Below the pieces are notes generated by a model. It was not told the DNA's origin. It worked only from the letters and a program-made list of their open reading frames with translations, and searched no databases. A DNA stretch of 45,307 bases from positions 1 to 45,307 of the IMG/VR virus record IMGVR_UViG_3300036784_000063. One strand, written 5' to 3'. Source of the DNA: a virus. Lineage: Duplodnaviria; Caudoviricetes. Each line of letters begins with the position of its first letter. The stretch's first letter is position 1. Below are positions 43,915 through 45,307 of the stretch, one piece after another. The translations under genes were made by a program, and so were the position numbers.

Positions 43915-45307
43915 GTGCCGACGCGCAGCAACGTGGCCGAGATCAAGCGACGCAACGGCCGCCCGCCGAAGTCGCTCGAGGCGCTCGAGACGTACACGTT
44001 CCGCGAGGACTTCCTCGCGGTGCTCACGCCCGCGTTGCACGCGGCGGCCGGGATCCAGTTCCCGAACCCGCATTACCAAAACGATCCGGTTGGCTTCGCG
44101 CGCGACATTCTCGGCGTTGAACCGTGGTCGAAGCAAGTCGAGATCCTCGAAGCCGTCCGCGATCACATGCGCGTTGCCGTGAAATCCGGGCACAAGGTGG
44201 GCAAGTCGCACTCGGCCGCCATCCTCGCGCTTTGGTTCTTCTGCTCGTACGAGCGCGCGCGCGTCGTGATGAGCTCGACGACGGCGCGCCAGGTCGACGA
44301 GATCCTGTGGCGCGAGCTCCGCATGATGCACGCGGACTCGGGGATCTGCGTTGACTGTAAGCGAATCGAGCGCGAGGCCGGGCTCAAGATCACGCGGCCG
44401 TGCCCGCACTCGTCGCTGATTCAAGGGCACATGGCCGAGACCGCGCGCTCGGGCATGAAGTCTGACGACTTCCGCGAGATCGTCGGGTTCACCGCGAAGC
44501 AAGCCGAGGCCGTCGCCGGCATCAGCGGCAAAAACGTTCTGTACATCCTCGACGAGGCGAGCGGCATTGCACAGATCATCTTCGAGGCGATCGAGGGCAA
44601 CCGCGCCGGCTCCGCGCGCGTCGTGTACTTCTCGAACCCGACCAAAAACAGCGGCGAGTTTTACGACGCGTTCAACTCAAAACAGCGATTCTTCAAGTGC
44701 ATCACCGTCGCGTCGTATGACACGCCGAACTACGTCGCCGGCACTCAGGTTATCCCCGGCCTCGCTACGCGCGAGTGGGTCGACGAGAAGCGCGACGAGT
44801 GGGGCGAGAAGTCGCCGCTTTTCGTGGTGCGCGTCAAGGGCGAGTTCGCCGAGCACGAGCAAGGCAAGATCTTCTCGATCCACACGATCGAGCAAGCCGA
44901 GCAACGGTGGCCGTCGGCTTCTACCGAGGGCCGCTTGTACCTCGGCCTCGATCCAGCTGGCGAAACCGGAACCGGCGACGAGGCCGTGTTTGCACCGCGC
45001 CGCGGCTTGAAGATCCTCGGGATGTACCCGTTCTTCTCGCTCACGCCGGCCGGGCACTTGATACAGCTGCTCGCGCTGCTCGGGCAGTTCAAGTCGCCGC
45101 GCGAAACGCCCGTGGTGGTGATGGACTACTCGGGCAAAGTCGGCTCGGACGTGTACCGCGCGCTTCGAGCGTACCTCGCCGATCACGCGGGAGCGTTCGA
45201 GCTCGTGCGCGTCTCGGCGAGCGACAAGAGTTTGCGACAGCCCGAGGTGTACGACCGCATGCGCGACGCGTTGACGGCGTCGTTCGCCTCGTGGGTAGAG
45301 CAGGGCG
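43915..45307 (+). CDS. terL: Terminase large subunit (about 558 aa, ends at 411 on the circle; missing from the ORF track)
   Basis: Translated by hand: DPVGFARDILG.EPW.KQ, Walker A KSGHKVGKS, Walker B YILDEASGI, SNPT, nuclease LGLDPA. GGAGG RBS at 43902. Confidence 0.93.
   Translation, partial: MPTRSNVAEIKRRNGRPPKSLEALETYTFREDFLAVLTPALHAAAGIQFPNPHYQNDPVGFARDILGVEPWSKQVEILEAVRDHMRVAVKSGHKVGKSHSAAILALWFFCSYERARVVMSSTTARQVDEILWRELRMMHADSGICVDCKRIEREAGLKITRPCPHSSLIQGHMAETARSGMKSDDFREIVGFTAKQAEAVAGISGKNVLYILDEASGIAQIIFEAIEGNRAGSARVVYFSNPTKNSGEFYDAFNSKQRFFKCITVASYDTPNYVAGTQVIPGLATREWVDEKRDEWGEKSPLFVVRVKGEFAEHEQGKIFSIHTIEQAEQRWPSASTEGRLYLGLDPAGETGTGDEAVFAPRRGLKILGMYPFFSLTPAGHLIQLLALLGQFKSPRETPVVVMDYSGKVGSDVYRALRAYLADHAGAFELVRVSASDKSLRQPEVYDRMRDALTASFASWVEQG
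45181..45307. repeat. Terminal direct repeat, right copy
   Basis: Identical to 1-127. Confidence 0.95.

Noticed and set aside
45181-45307. 127-bp repeat as a biological terminal repeat
   Set aside because: It cuts through terL and matches an assembler k-mer length, so it indicates circularity only.

Overview
This window is a complete circular genome of a high-GC tailed phage. It has 45,180 unique bp, because bases 1-127 repeat at 45181-45307 and the terminase large subunit reads through the junction. The late module is a Mu-like head with a contractile tail: DUF935-type portal, S49 protease/scaffold, gpT-like capsid, sheath, tube, tape measure, baseplate, fibres and an amidase endolysin. I found no integrase, transposase or protelomerase. 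Instead there is a ParA plus ribbon-helix-helix (RHH) partition pair, an HTH Rep-like gene, a lambda-style repressor/Cro switch, and a DnaB-like helicase followed by GGTTCCC repeats. The best reading is a temperate phage-plasmid with two replication modes. The most notable unannotated signals are: (1) an 8-bp TTGGTACY repeat array in front of parA that recurs at four distant sites; (2) an Acb2/Tad1-like candidate signal-sponge gene directly after the major capsid gene; (3) an RHH-fused compact C5 methyltransferase whose linker palindrome recurs twice in a lysis-region gene; (4) 35-bp inverted operators flanking the immunity cassette; (5) paralogous HTH domains on both sides of terL; (6) a nested hairpin element upstream of the terS candidate. 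All family assignments come from motif recognition by eye and from gene order. No searches were run.
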